Source: Patescibacteria group bacterium
GTDB taxonomy: Bacteria > Patescibacteriota > Microgenomatia > UBA1400 > MFAQ01
Reading direction: 5' to 3'
DNA length: 64,000 nucleotides
Assembly: GCA_943355005.1 (NCBI GenBank)
Contig: CALRDV010000002.1
Location: forward strand, 131,826 to 195,825
Below are positions 18,344 to 26,824 of the stretch, piece by piece. Every line of letters starts with the position of its first letter. The first letter of the stretch is position 1. A program made the position numbers and the translations under genes. The notes beneath the pieces are model-generated. The model made no database searches. It had not been told where the DNA came from and saw only the letters and a program-made list of their open reading frames with translations.

Positions 18344-19024
18344 TTATTCCTGATTATTTTGATCATCATGCTCTTCAATTAATTGTGAAATTACCGCCAC
18401 CACTTTGTCAGGGTAAGCTATAGACTCAAAAGTAAAAGCCGAAGATTCATCTCTCGCGTTCGGAACATTCTGTTTTGAGGCAGTTTCTACAATCACATCA
18501 CCGTAATTAAAGAAACTGGCAAGCATCCCTCTTTGAGAATAATTAACATCTTCAATTTTGTTCAGTTGACATACGTTGACATTTTTACTCAGTAGCCCCA
18601 CAAAATCAACATCTATTATTCTCTCATTTGTCACTATGTAAACATTGTAAAACCACATTAAAAAATTCTGCAGTCCGTAAAAAGCCAGAACCATATACCA
18701 AAGCATTGTCATACCAATCAGAGCATTTCCGTCCAACATTTTAATAAAAGGAAATTCTTTCCAAAACATCGGTATAAATAATGAAAAAGAAACTACTGTT
18801 ATCCACCCCAGATTCCTAATTATATGTTTCCTACCCAAAATTACGATTTTTTCATCTTCTTGTTGAGATTCAAACTTTGACCATTCAGGAATCGCCACCA
18901 AAGATCCCCACTGGCTACGAGGACATGATCCTAAAATCTTTTCCACATCATCAACCACATTCTCTGATTTCTTGGCTTTAAAAATCTCCGGCATACCTAA
19001 TTGTACCAAACACCACGTCGTCAT
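18344..19024 (-). CDS. YdbT/YdbS-like bacterial PH (bPH_2) domain membrane protein
   Basis: A two-TM hairpin (RNLGWITVVSFSLFIPMFW ... MLWYMVLAFYGL) followed by a domain containing IVTNERIIDVDF and ending GDVIVETAS, as in bPH_2. Confidence 0.55.
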   Translation of the reverse strand: MTTWCLVQLGMPEIFKAKKSENVVDDVEKILGSCPRSQWGSLVAIPEWSKFESQQEDEKIVILGRKHIIRNLGWITVVSFSLFIPMFWKEFPFIKMLDGNALIGMTMLWYMVLAFYGLQNFLMWFYNVYIVTNERIIDVDFVGLLSKNVNVCQLNKIEDVNYSQRGMLASFFNYGDVIVETASKQNVPNARDESSAFTFESIAYPDKVVAVISQLIEEHDDQNNQE

Positions 19025-19320
19025 TGCGAGACTCGACTTTAGGTCGGCCGTGGCAATCCCACACCACTGTCATTCCCGACCCGCTTCGCCATAGCTTCAG
19101 CGAGGCGAGCCTGAGTGGGCCGCTGGTACCCGAAGGGGGAAATCCCCCTCCACTCGTCATTGCGAGGAGTGAAACGACGTGGCAATCCCACACCACTGTC
19201 ATTCCCGACCTGATCGGGAATCTATATAGATAAATACCAATTTTTAACACCATGACTACTAGCACTTAGAGTTACGAGTGAGTACGGTTTTTGGCGGGCT
19301 TCGAAACGCGATAAAAAAAT
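19017..19320. repeat. Intergenic cluster of dispersed palindromic repeat elements (composite of at least four repeat types)
   Basis: Two copies of cgtcattgcgag-[hairpin]-gtggcaatccc, two copies of (cac)tgtcattcccgacc(tgatcgggaatc), one copy of gagtgggccgctggtacccgaagggggaaatcc, and one copy of agttacgagtgagtacggtttttggcgggcttcgaaac. The same units recur at more than 15 other places in the window. Confidence 0.8.
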
Positions 19321-19323
19321 TGA

Positions 19324-21078
19324 CTATTTTTTCTCAATATTAAACAATCCACTCTTCAGTGATATCTTCCCCGGCGCCCTCAAAGTAAATACTTTGTAAT
19401 ACTCTTGTCCAGAAACCTGGAAAGATCCTCTATTGGTTTGGAAAACAACATTAGCCGTCTGTCCATTATCTCCATAAGTGATACTTAGACTACTAACACT
19501 TGTAATCGCCCCGCCTTGACTATTTGCCTCATTCTTCATCTGTTCCATACTCCAAGGATCACCAGATTTATTAAAACAACCTACATAATCAATAGGCAAA
19601 ATGTGTTCTACCCCACTACCACTCCGATACACAATAATCGCGTTTAAGATATCCGACATCTCCGATTCATTTAGCCAAGGATGAGATCTCCCGCAGCTTT
19701 CCTTGTTTTCATTTCTATACCAAGCCTTATAAAACCACGGACTACCGGCAGTTTTTTCATAAGCTTGCGACGTCCACCCACTTCTCCCTGTCGGCGTATC
19801 CCAAAGCGAAGGAGTCGTATATCCCGCATAGTTATCTGTATAAGACTCTTGATACCCGCCTGATGTTGAAGCATACCAAGATTTAAATGGTTTTCCGTTG
19901 TTCATCATTACCCAGCCTCGAGTTGCATTTACAGCTTCTTCCCACTTCCCCCCCTTATTACTATTTTTATACACCTGGCATGCTTGAGTCGTACAGATTG
20001 CTCCTCCTCTGCCTTCATCTGTCCAAGCAAGAACGTAAGACCTCGCCGCTACGGCTTGTGCCTTCAGAGCTTCCATTCCTCCGTTATCCCCCCAACCACC
20101 GGGCATCTCATAAATTCTCTTGACATATGTTTCTATATCCATTCGTCCATACCCTTGGACACTTATTTGTTTCCCAGCATCATAATCTTTCTTGATAGAG
20201 ATACTTCCTCCGTAATAAGCATGAAGAATATCATCCGCGTTTTGTCCGGCCTTAGCTCTGCCATAAGCTCCATACTGACTCATTCCCTTAAAGTGAGGTG
20301 CCCCAAAAGAAAACGAGGCAAATGCAGGGGAAAATCCAGGGTTGTAATCCGGTCTGGAAGCAGGATCGTCTGCTAGAGGCACATCACCTACTGTTGTTTG
20401 AAAATTTCCTTGTTTCTCAGCCAGTAGTGATTGCTGCTGAGCCGACAAAGCTGCGATTTTCCCGGACAGATCTTTTTGGTATGCTTTCGCTTTGGCCACT
20501 TCTCCAAAGAAGAAGCTGTTCTGCTTATCCAGCTCTGTCTGAAGCTTAGCCAATTGTTCTTTCTGAGTCTCCAAGTTCTTTTTATCTATCTCAAGTTGGC
20601 CTATCTCAGTTACCAAATTTACTATTACAGCCTTATCCCTATCACTACTTTCTTGTCTATAGTTCAGCTCCAATCTGGCTTCACCCATGCTTGTTTTAGA
20701 TAACAGGCTCGCCCATAAAGGCTGTGACCTAAGCCGGATATACATTTCTCTTATCTTTGCAGACAAGACGACATATTGCGTCGAAACCTTCTCACCTCGA
20801 TCTTTTATACCCATTTCTGTTGCCTTAAGTTTCGTAACCGCTAGATTTATCTGTGATTGAATCGATTTAATCCTGGCATTTAGCTTCGTAATTTCCGCTT
20901 CGAGTGGCACCGTAGCATTCTTACTCGCCTGCAAAGAACTATTTAATTCTCCTATTTGAGCTCCCAAACAAGTAATTAGTTCATCCCCGCTTTTGCCATC
21001 GCAGCTAGTATCTGCCTTTACTAGTCCGGCAAAAACACTGAGCAAAACCACCATGATTAATAAATATCTCCACTTCAT
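19324..21078 (-). CDS. SpoIID/LytB domain protein with an N-terminal signal peptide and long coiled-coil region
   Basis: The C-terminal domain has the SpoIID/LytB signature (GMSQYGAYGRAKAGQNADDILHAYYGG, ALKAQAVAARSY). The N-terminal ~250 aa is coiled-coil. Confidence 0.7.
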   Translation of the reverse strand: MKWRYLLIMVVLLSVFAGLVKADTSCDGKSGDELITCLGAQIGELNSSLQASKNATVPLEAEITKLNARIKSIQSQINLAVTKLKATEMGIKDRGEKVSTQYVVLSAKIREMYIRLRSQPLWASLLSKTSMGEARLELNYRQESSDRDKAVIVNLVTEIGQLEIDKKNLETQKEQLAKLQTELDKQNSFFFGEVAKAKAYQKDLSGKIAALSAQQQSLLAEKQGNFQTTVGDVPLADDPASRPDYNPGFSPAFASFSFGAPHFKGMSQYGAYGRAKAGQNADDILHAYYGGSISIKKDYDAGKQISVQGYGRMDIETYVKRIYEMPGGWGDNGGMEALKAQAVAARSYVLAWTDEGRGGAICTTQACQVYKNSNKGGKWEEAVNATRGWVMMNNGKPFKSWYASTSGGYQESYTDNYAGYTTPSLWDTPTGRSGWTSQAYEKTAGSPWFYKAWYRNENKESCGRSHPWLNESEMSDILNAIIVYRSGSGVEHILPIDYVGCFNKSGDPWSMEQMKNEANSQGGAITSVSSLSITYGDNGQTANVVFQTNRGSFQVSGQEYYKVFTLRAPGKISLKSGLFNIEKK

Positions 21079-21098
21079 CTCTCTTAGTTTAACTCATC

Positions 21099-21524
21099 AT
21101 GATAAAATTACCTTGCATGAAATATCTTTCCCGGCTGCTCGCCGCCACACTTCTATCTTGGTTTTTGCTTTTTCCCACTCTTACACACGCTGCAAGTCTC
21201 AACCTTGTCTCTCCCAGAGGTAACTGTGGAAACAACGAAATTGATACTGCTCTTGGCTGTATTTCCACAGAAGTGGGAACGGGTCCAAACACCTTCTTCA
21301 GTTCCATTATTGGCATCGCAGTCGGACTCGGTGGAGGTCTTGCCCTCCTTCTTATGCTTTATGGGGTCTTTATCGTCACCACCTCTGCCGGCATTCCGGA
21401 CAAGCTCAAGGAAGGCCAAGAAATTATTACCTCCGCCATCTCAGGTCTTATTTTTATCCTTCTCTCCGTCTTTCTCCTCAATTTCATCGGTATCAAAGTT
21501 TTAAGCCTACCTGGTTTACAATAG
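21099..21524 (+). CDS. Small two-TM secreted/membrane protein, putative VirB2/TrbC-like T4SS pilin paralog
   Basis: A classical signal peptide (cleavage near THA-AS), a Cys-containing mature region, and then two hydrophobic helices separated by a short polar loop (IVTTSAGIPDKLKEGQEI). Confidence 0.4.
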   Translation: MIKLPCMKYLSRLLAATLLSWFLLFPTLTHAASLNLVSPRGNCGNNEIDTALGCISTEVGTGPNTFFSSIIGIAVGLGGGLALLLMLYGVFIVTTSAGIPDKLKEGQEIITSAISGLIFILLSVFLLNFIGIKVLSLPGLQ

Positions 21525-21528
21525 AAAT

Positions 21529-21873
21529 ATGTTAAATTTCACCAAACAGGTCTATGCAGCTGCCGGTGGCACAGGAGTTGATATTTCAAGTATGGACAGC
21601 CCCGTCAAAGCCTTGATTCCCAACAATGCCGACCTGGGCAAATTATTCTCTCAACCCCTCCTCCGTTTTGTCTTTGTCGCCGTCGGTCTGGTTTTTATGT
21701 TTAATCTGGTCATGGCCGGCTGGGACCTTATGCTTAGCTCCGGAGATCCAAAGAAAGTTGCCACAGCCACCACCAGAGTCACCAACGGTTTTATGGGAAT
21801 AATTATATCGATGACGGCATATGTAGTTGTCAAAATCATCCTGACATTCTTAGGTCTAGGTACCATCATTTAA
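21529..21873 (+). CDS. Putative VirB2/TrbC-like pilin paralog
   Basis: An N-terminal leader MLNFTKQVYAAAGG, a first TM helix, the loop SSGDPKKVATA, and a second TM helix. This is the same architecture and loop motif as the 24167-26784 array. Confidence 0.5.
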   Translation: MLNFTKQVYAAAGGTGVDISSMDSPVKALIPNNADLGKLFSQPLLRFVFVAVGLVFMFNLVMAGWDLMLSSGDPKKVATATTRVTNGFMGIIISMTAYVVVKIILTFLGLGTII

Positions 21874-21900
21874 CAATCTCTTGTTATAATTCAAAACTGA

Positions 21901-22611
21901 ATGGAACCTTCAATAAAACACATTGCAATCTTGATGGACGGCAATCGTCGTTGGGCCAAACAAAAAGGTATGGAGCCTTTCAAGGGGCACGAGTACGCCG
22001 CCAACCATACAATTGAACCCCTTATTGAAAAATGTGTCGATCTAGGCATTCCCTATGTTACCTTTTGGGCCTTCTCCACCGAAAACTGGAAAAGGGATGA
22101 AACTGAAGTCAATGAACTTTTGAGAATATTTCGTTTTGCTTTCGGTGGTTTAGCCACCAGATTTATCAAGAGAGGAGCAAAGCTTAAAATTTTGGGGGAT
22201 ATTTCCCGCTTCCCTAAAGATATTGTTGAAAAATCTATCGAGACCATGAATAAGTCTTCACAGAACCATGCCATCACCGTTTCTTTTGCTCTAAATTATG
22301 GTGGTCGTGATGAGATCCTCCGAGCCGTCAAAAAAATCATTCAAGAAAAACTTACCTCTGACAACGTAAATGAAGAAATTTTTTCAGCTCATCTAGACAC
22401 TTCTGGTATGCCAGACCCGGATATGATCATCCGTACCGGAGGTGAACAAAGAACCTCCGGTTATCTACCTTGGCAGTCCGCCTACTCCGAACTTTTCTTC
22501 ACCCCCACCTTATTTCCCGACTTCACTCCCAACAAACTCGAAGAAATTATCCGCGACTTCAGCCACAGAGATAGACGATTCGGCGGCGACTCCACTCCAA
22601 AGACGAAATAA
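21901..22611 (+). CDS. uppS: Isoprenyl transferase (undecaprenyl diphosphate synthase)
   Basis: HIAILMDGNRRWAKQKG near the N-terminus and the family-typical C-terminal region ending FSHRDRRFGG. Confidence 0.9.
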   Translation: MEPSIKHIAILMDGNRRWAKQKGMEPFKGHEYAANHTIEPLIEKCVDLGIPYVTFWAFSTENWKRDETEVNELLRIFRFAFGGLATRFIKRGAKLKILGDISRFPKDIVEKSIETMNKSSQNHAITVSFALNYGGRDEILRAVKKIIQEKLTSDNVNEEIFSAHLDTSGMPDPDMIIRTGGEQRTSGYLPWQSAYSELFFTPTLFPDFTPNKLEEIIRDFSHRDRRFGGDSTPKTK

Positions 22612-22899
22612 AATCTCATCAGTTGCTGAAACATCAAAACCTTTTCTTTCAAATCTTTGTCTTATTTGCTGATAGCTACCAGTCAAAGGTATCTCTCCTC
22701 CGGGATACTTATAAATATTTAATTCTCGGTGATTCATTCTTTCTCCCGTAAAGCGCATATTAACAGGCTGATTCCGCCAATTTCGTGGTATTTCCATAAA
22801 AACAATCCTAAAACAATCCCCCCACCAAACACTCTCACGATTGTCACTCAGGTAAAGCCGAACATTTGGTGCAGAAGACTAGCCAACAAACCGCACGGA

Positions 22900-22990
22900 A
22901 GCTGTACATAGGAGCCGAAGGGAATCCCGCTAATGCGGGACGAGATAGTTACGAGTGAGTACGGTTTTTGGCGGTCTTCGAACCAACAAG
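22900..22990. repeat. Dispersed repeat copy (agttacgagtgagtacggtttttggcggtcttcgaacc type plus flanking unit)
   Basis: Matches 19265-19315 at ~90% identity. Located between the uppS and polyprenyl synthetase genes. Confidence 0.6.
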
Positions 22991-22995
22991 TGAAG

Positions 22996-24078
22996 CTAGA
23001 CTTCCCTCTCCACCATATACAAAGCAATCCCCTCAAGATAATTCACAGCTTCCTCATTTAATCCTATTCCGTGGAGCTTGGCCACACTACCACTCGCTCG
23101 TTTTGCATAATTCCTAGCCACTTCCACCGAATATTTATAAGAACCGCTTTCTTTAATGGCCTTTTTCGCCACTTCTATTTCATTTTTATTGGCATCCAAT
23201 TTCCCCCAAACTCTCATCAAGTCAATTTTTTGCTCCTTAGATCCTATCTCCATTGTCTTGGACACCAACAAAGTAACCTTTCCTTGTAACAAGTCAGAAT
23301 TTGCCGACTTTCCTGTTTTTTCTTCATCTCCATATACTCCCAGTACATCGTCTTGAAGTTGAAATGCGATACCCGCATCTACCGAATAATCATGCAGGAC
23401 ATCCATCGTCTCACGATTTAGCCCGGAAAGAATTCCTCCTATCAATAGTGGGTTTTCATAAGTATAAATCGCTGTCTTTGCCCTATGAAGACTCATTACT
23501 TTCTCTTCGGACATGTCTCCAAGTTTTGGCAAACTCGTGTCATACGCTTGTCCATAAGCAGTATTAGTTATCCCTCTCAGAAATTGTTTCATTGCATTAT
23601 TTACCTTTTCCGAGTCAAAACCACTAGTCAAAAGCCTCTCAAAACCCAGGCATAAGACAGCATCTCCCACATTCACCGCCATACTATCTCCATAATGTTC
23701 ATCACCATTTGCAAAAAATACTTGAGTTGTCGGCAAACCCCTTCTCACCAAATCTCTATCCATAAAATCGTCATGCATTAATAATGCTGTGTGAACAAGT
23801 TCCACTGCCTCCGCAGCCCTCCAAACTCTTTCATCAGACTTTATTCCACCAAGTAAAAAGCTGTAATAAATAAATGATGCCCTAATTCTCTTGGCTTTTC
23901 TTAAATTGTGTTCCTTAGCGTGAAGCAACATCTTTCTTATCAATTCTTTTTGTGATTGATTGAATCCAAAATTACTGGCAATCTCTTCCTCCCAATACTT
24001 TTCCAGCCTAGAATCAGCCTCTTTGGCTAACAGCTCCAATCTAGCTTTTGCCCGTCTACCTAAGTCATTTGTTTCCAT
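22996..24078 (-). CDS. Polyprenyl synthetase family protein (trans-isoprenyl diphosphate synthase)
   Basis: First and second Asp-rich motifs (LMHDDFMDRD and FQLQDDVLGVYGDEEKTGKS). Confidence 0.85.
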   Translation of the reverse strand: METNDLGRRAKARLELLAKEADSRLEKYWEEEIASNFGFNQSQKELIRKMLLHAKEHNLRKAKRIRASFIYYSFLLGGIKSDERVWRAAEAVELVHTALLMHDDFMDRDLVRRGLPTTQVFFANGDEHYGDSMAVNVGDAVLCLGFERLLTSGFDSEKVNNAMKQFLRGITNTAYGQAYDTSLPKLGDMSEEKVMSLHRAKTAIYTYENPLLIGGILSGLNRETMDVLHDYSVDAGIAFQLQDDVLGVYGDEEKTGKSANSDLLQGKVTLLVSKTMEIGSKEQKIDLMRVWGKLDANKNEIEVAKKAIKESGSYKYSVEVARNYAKRASGSVAKLHGIGLNEEAVNYLEGIALYMVEREV

Positions 24079-24093
24079 GTCTCCAATTTTACT

Positions 24094-24113
24094 GTAAAAT
24101 GACAGTAATCCAT
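24094..24113. promoter_or_regulatory. Inverted repeat TTACTGTAAAATGACAGTAA in the divergent promoter region upstream of the pilin array
   Basis: Half-sites TTACTGT(A) / (T)GACAGTAA. The site is ~55 nt upstream of the first pilin ATG and ~20 nt upstream of the divergently transcribed polyprenyl synthetase gene. Confidence 0.35.
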
Positions 24114-24166
24114 AAATTAATAAGGATTACGTCATCCTCGACCTGATCGAGGATCCACAAATACAT

Positions 24167-24487
24167 ATGATTATTCGACCAGCCCTGGCAGCCTTAGAAC
24201 CTCTAGAAGGACTTTATGCCCCGGGAAAAGCCATGGGAGGTAGTGGGGCTACTCTATCCACTCTACTAAATCCGCTAATTTATAATTTCCTCATCATCTC
24301 CGGAATTCTTGCTTTCATTGTCATTATTTTCGCCGGTTTTAGCTACATCACCGCTTCAGGGGACAAAGGAAAAATTGAGATGTCCCAGAACATGCTAAAC
24401 TATGGCATACTAGGTTTAATTGTTGTTGTTTTGGCCTTTTTAATTACTCGAGTTATTGGAGCCGTCTTTGGCTTTAAATTCTTTTAA
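24167..24487 (+). CDS. VirB2/TrbC-like pilin paralog 1
   Basis: 106 aa: TM1 (LIYNFLIISGILAFIVIIFAGF), loop TASGDKGKIEMSQN, TM2 (ILGLIVVVLAFLITRVIG). Confidence 0.55.
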   Translation: MIIRPALAALEPLEGLYAPGKAMGGSGATLSTLLNPLIYNFLIISGILAFIVIIFAGFSYITASGDKGKIEMSQNMLNYGILGLIVVVLAFLITRVIGAVFGFKFF

Positions 24488-24493
24488 ATACTT

Positions 24494-24862
24494 ATGATAA
24501 ATAATTTAAAATATTTTACATCTACCGTCTACGCAGCAGCTGGTGATGTCGTAGGAATTATAGATCTACCGGTAGGTGTTCCAAAAGAAGTTGTTCAAAC
24601 TACAGATATTATATCTGCCCTCATCCGCTTTTTAATCGTTATTGCCGGACTTTTCTCTCTTTTTCAATTTATAACCGGAGGTATCGCTTTTATTTCCTCT
24701 GGTGGTGACAAAGGTAAAATCACAGAAGCCCAAAACAAAATTCAAATGAGTATTATTGGACTAGTCATTATTACTGCTAGTTTTATAATCATCGCTCTCG
24801 TCAGTAGAATACTTTTCGGATCTTTTACCGCCATACTCGCACCAAAATTACAATCAATCTAA
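24494..24862 (+). CDS. VirB2/TrbC-like pilin paralog 2
   Basis: Leader MINNLKYFTSTVYAAAGD, TM1, loop SSGGDKGKITEAQ, TM2. Confidence 0.55.
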   Translation: MINNLKYFTSTVYAAAGDVVGIIDLPVGVPKEVVQTTDIISALIRFLIVIAGLFSLFQFITGGIAFISSGGDKGKITEAQNKIQMSIIGLVIITASFIIIALVSRILFGSFTAILAPKLQSI

Positions 24863-24863
24863 A

Positions 24864-25232
24864 ATGTTTAAAATTATATCTCCCATCTATGCATCTAACC
24901 CTATTGATTTAGGAAAGGAAATAGAGGGGTCCGGAGTATACCAAACAGGCATAAGTTCTACTGTTCAAACCAGTTTTGGAGGTTTTATTTCTTCTGTTAT
25001 TACTACACTAACTGTTGTTGGTAGTCTAGCCTTCGTTGTTTACTTTACTGTCGCGGGACTAAAATGGATTAGCGCCGGCGGCGACAAGGGCAAAGTAGCC
25101 GAAGCTCAAACCCAAATGACCCAATCCGCCATCGGCCTAATCGCCATTGTAGCCTCTTACTTTATCATCGGCATTGTCGGTGCCGTCCTTGGTTTAGATA
25201 TTCTCAATCCATTTAAAGCGCTTAAATTTTAA
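24864..25232 (+). CDS. VirB2/TrbC-like pilin paralog 3
   Basis: Leader MFKIISPIYASNP, TM1, loop SAGGDKGKVAEAQ, TM2. It starts 2 nt after paralog 2. Confidence 0.55.
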   Translation: MFKIISPIYASNPIDLGKEIEGSGVYQTGISSTVQTSFGGFISSVITTLTVVGSLAFVVYFTVAGLKWISAGGDKGKVAEAQTQMTQSAIGLIAIVASYFIIGIVGAVLGLDILNPFKALKF

Positions 25233-25236
25233 TAAC

Positions 25237-25590
25237 ATGATCATACAAATAGCCCAACCTGCTCTAGCTGCCGATGAAATAGTAAACAATGCCATCTCTA
25301 GCAAAGTCACCAGTTTAGGTGCGGGTGGAGGTCTAGCTTTTTACATTGCCACTCTCTGGCAAACCGTAATCACCGTAGGAGGCATCGCCTTCATTATTTA
25401 TCTCGTTTGGGGTGGCATAGAGTATCTCACTTCAGGGGGTGACAAGGGTCGGATTGACGATGCTCAGAAAAAAATTACCAGTTCTGTAATCGGTATTGTG
25501 ATCCTTGTTGCTTCCTACTCCATCACCTATTTCATCCAACAGGTCTTCAAGATTAACATTCTCAAACCTGTATTTCCCAACGCACTATGA
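25237..25590 (+). CDS. VirB2/TrbC-like pilin paralog 4
   Basis: Leader MIIQIAQPALAADE, TM1, loop TSGGDKGRIDDAQ, TM2. Confidence 0.55.
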   Translation: MIIQIAQPALAADEIVNNAISSKVTSLGAGGGLAFYIATLWQTVITVGGIAFIIYLVWGGIEYLTSGGDKGRIDDAQKKITSSVIGIVILVASYSITYFIQQVFKINILKPVFPNAL

Positions 25591-25949
25591 TCACAAGTTT
25601 TATTCCCAAAGTATTCGCCGCCGCCGATATAGAACTCCCTATCGGCGACACTGTTACCAAAAATAACTTTTTTGGCTATACATGCATCGGCCATCTCGTT
25701 AGCAACTTAGTTAGCGCCGCTTTTATTATTTCAGGTATCGCTTTCTTTGTTATCTTGGTCATGGGTGGAGTCCAGTGGCTGGTCTCAGGTGGCGACAAGG
25801 GTAAAGTCGAAAGTGCTCAGAAAAGTATTTCTGCAGCTCTCATCGGTTTAGCTATAGTTGCCAGTAGTTACGCTGTTTATATCTTAGTTCTTGAGTTCTT
25901 CGGTATCAATCTCGACGCGCTCTGTACAGCTAACCCACTAGGAAATTGA
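25587..25949 (+). CDS. VirB2/TrbC-like pilin paralog 5
   Basis: Leader MITSFIPKVFAAADI, TM1, loop VSGGDKGKVESAQ, TM2. It overlaps paralog 4 by 4 nt. Confidence 0.55.
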   Translation: MITSFIPKVFAAADIELPIGDTVTKNNFFGYTCIGHLVSNLVSAAFIISGIAFFVILVMGGVQWLVSGGDKGKVESAQKSISAALIGLAIVASSYAVYILVLEFFGINLDALCTANPLGN

Positions 25950-26011
25950 CAAGACTAAAATCATATATAATAGTAAGTATTACGAATATCAATTATTAAA
26001 AAATAAAAAAT

Positions 26012-26353
26012 ATGTCCTTTATTTCCCAAGTCTACGCAGCTACCGGCCAACTAGGAGTTCCCCAACCAACGGGTATGAAAATCACCGATATCGGTGTTCT
26101 TATTAGTCGTGTCATTTCCGTCGCCTTTATTATTGCCGGCATCCTTACCTTCGCTTTCTTAGTCATGGGTGGTATCGAGTGGCTAACTTCAGGTGGAGAC
26201 AAAGGTAAAACCGAAAGCGCCAGAAACCGTATCACTGCCGCTATCGTCGGTCTTGCCATCGTCGCCGCATCATGGGCTCTAATGAAACTCATTGCCTACT
26301 TCTTCGGTGTCGACGTCTTCGAGGGAAACATCAATATCCCTAAACCTTACTAA
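26012..26353 (+). CDS. VirB2/TrbC-like pilin paralog 6
   Basis: Leader MSFISQVYAATGQ, TM1, loop TSGGDKGKTESAR, TM2. Confidence 0.55.
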   Translation: MSFISQVYAATGQLGVPQPTGMKITDIGVLISRVISVAFIIAGILTFAFLVMGGIEWLTSGGDKGKTESARNRITAAIVGLAIVAASWALMKLIAYFFGVDVFEGNINIPKPY

Positions 26354-26372
26354 GCATTTAGGATTAGAAAAT

Positions 26373-26402
26373 AAAAAATCCCGGTTACCCGGGTTTTTTT
26401 AT
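26373..26402 (+). terminator. Rho-independent terminator
   Basis: AAAAAATCCCGGTTACCCGGGTTTTTTTAT: a GC-rich 7-bp stem followed by T7. Confidence 0.7.
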
Positions 26403-26418
26403 AATATATAATCAAATC

Positions 26419-26784
26419 ATGTCATTCCAATTAGTTACACAAGCTTATGCTGCGAGCTGGGCTTCAATTGATCCAGCATGTGTCGGCTCACAAATTGGCT
26501 CTGTAGATGCCAGTGATGTCGTCACCATTGGTGGTATTAAATGTTTAATTGCTAACCTTCTTTCTCCCATTCCTGGACTCATCGCTCTAGTGGCTGTCGG
26601 TGTACTCATCATGGCAGGTATTCGTCTTATGTCTGCCGGAGCCGAGCCCAAAGCCATCGCCAGCGCTTGGAACATGTTCACTTACGCCATCATCGGTCTC
26701 ATTCTTCTTGCAGTAGTTTGGCTAGTTCTTGTAATAATCGAGAACTTCACCGGAGCTCAGGTAACCAAATTCGGAATCCCTTAA
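26419..26784 (+). CDS. VirB2/TrbC-like pilin paralog 7 (divergent)
   Basis: Leader MSFQLVTQAYAASWA, TM1 (LLSPIPGLIALVAVGVLIMAGI), loop SAGAEPKAIASAW, TM2. Its own promoter-like ATAATATATAAT box follows the upstream terminator. Confidence 0.5.
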   Translation: MSFQLVTQAYAASWASIDPACVGSQIGSVDASDVVTIGGIKCLIANLLSPIPGLIALVAVGVLIMAGIRLMSAGAEPKAIASAWNMFTYAIIGLILLAVVWLVLVIIENFTGAQVTKFGIP

Positions 26785-26824
26785 AAGCTATTCTCATTCT
26801 TACTTACCACGTATAATCATTTTA

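Noticed and set aside
18978-19265. Track ORFs 18978..19265 (-) and 19024..19233 (+), 95 and 69 aa, spanning the repeat cluster.
   Set aside because: They consist entirely of translated palindromic repeat units (for example GGFPPSGTSGP, MTVVWDCH repeated). They are intergenic between two convergently or divergently arranged genes and have no RBS. They are treated as non-coding repeat DNA.
22510-22797. Minus-strand ORF of 95 aa overlapping the 3' end of uppS and the downstream spacer.
   Set aside because: It overlaps a high-confidence gene on the opposite strand and has no motif. It is probably a spurious ORF. The spacer is instead occupied by a repeat-family copy at 22900-22990.
24167-26784. 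The regular ~370-nt periodicity of similar sequence could suggest a CRISPR array or a tandem DNA repeat.
   Set aside because: Each unit is an intact ORF with RBS, start and stop. Similarity is at protein level (conserved GGDKGK loop and TM helices) with divergent DNA. There are no short direct repeats with unique spacers. These are paralogous genes.
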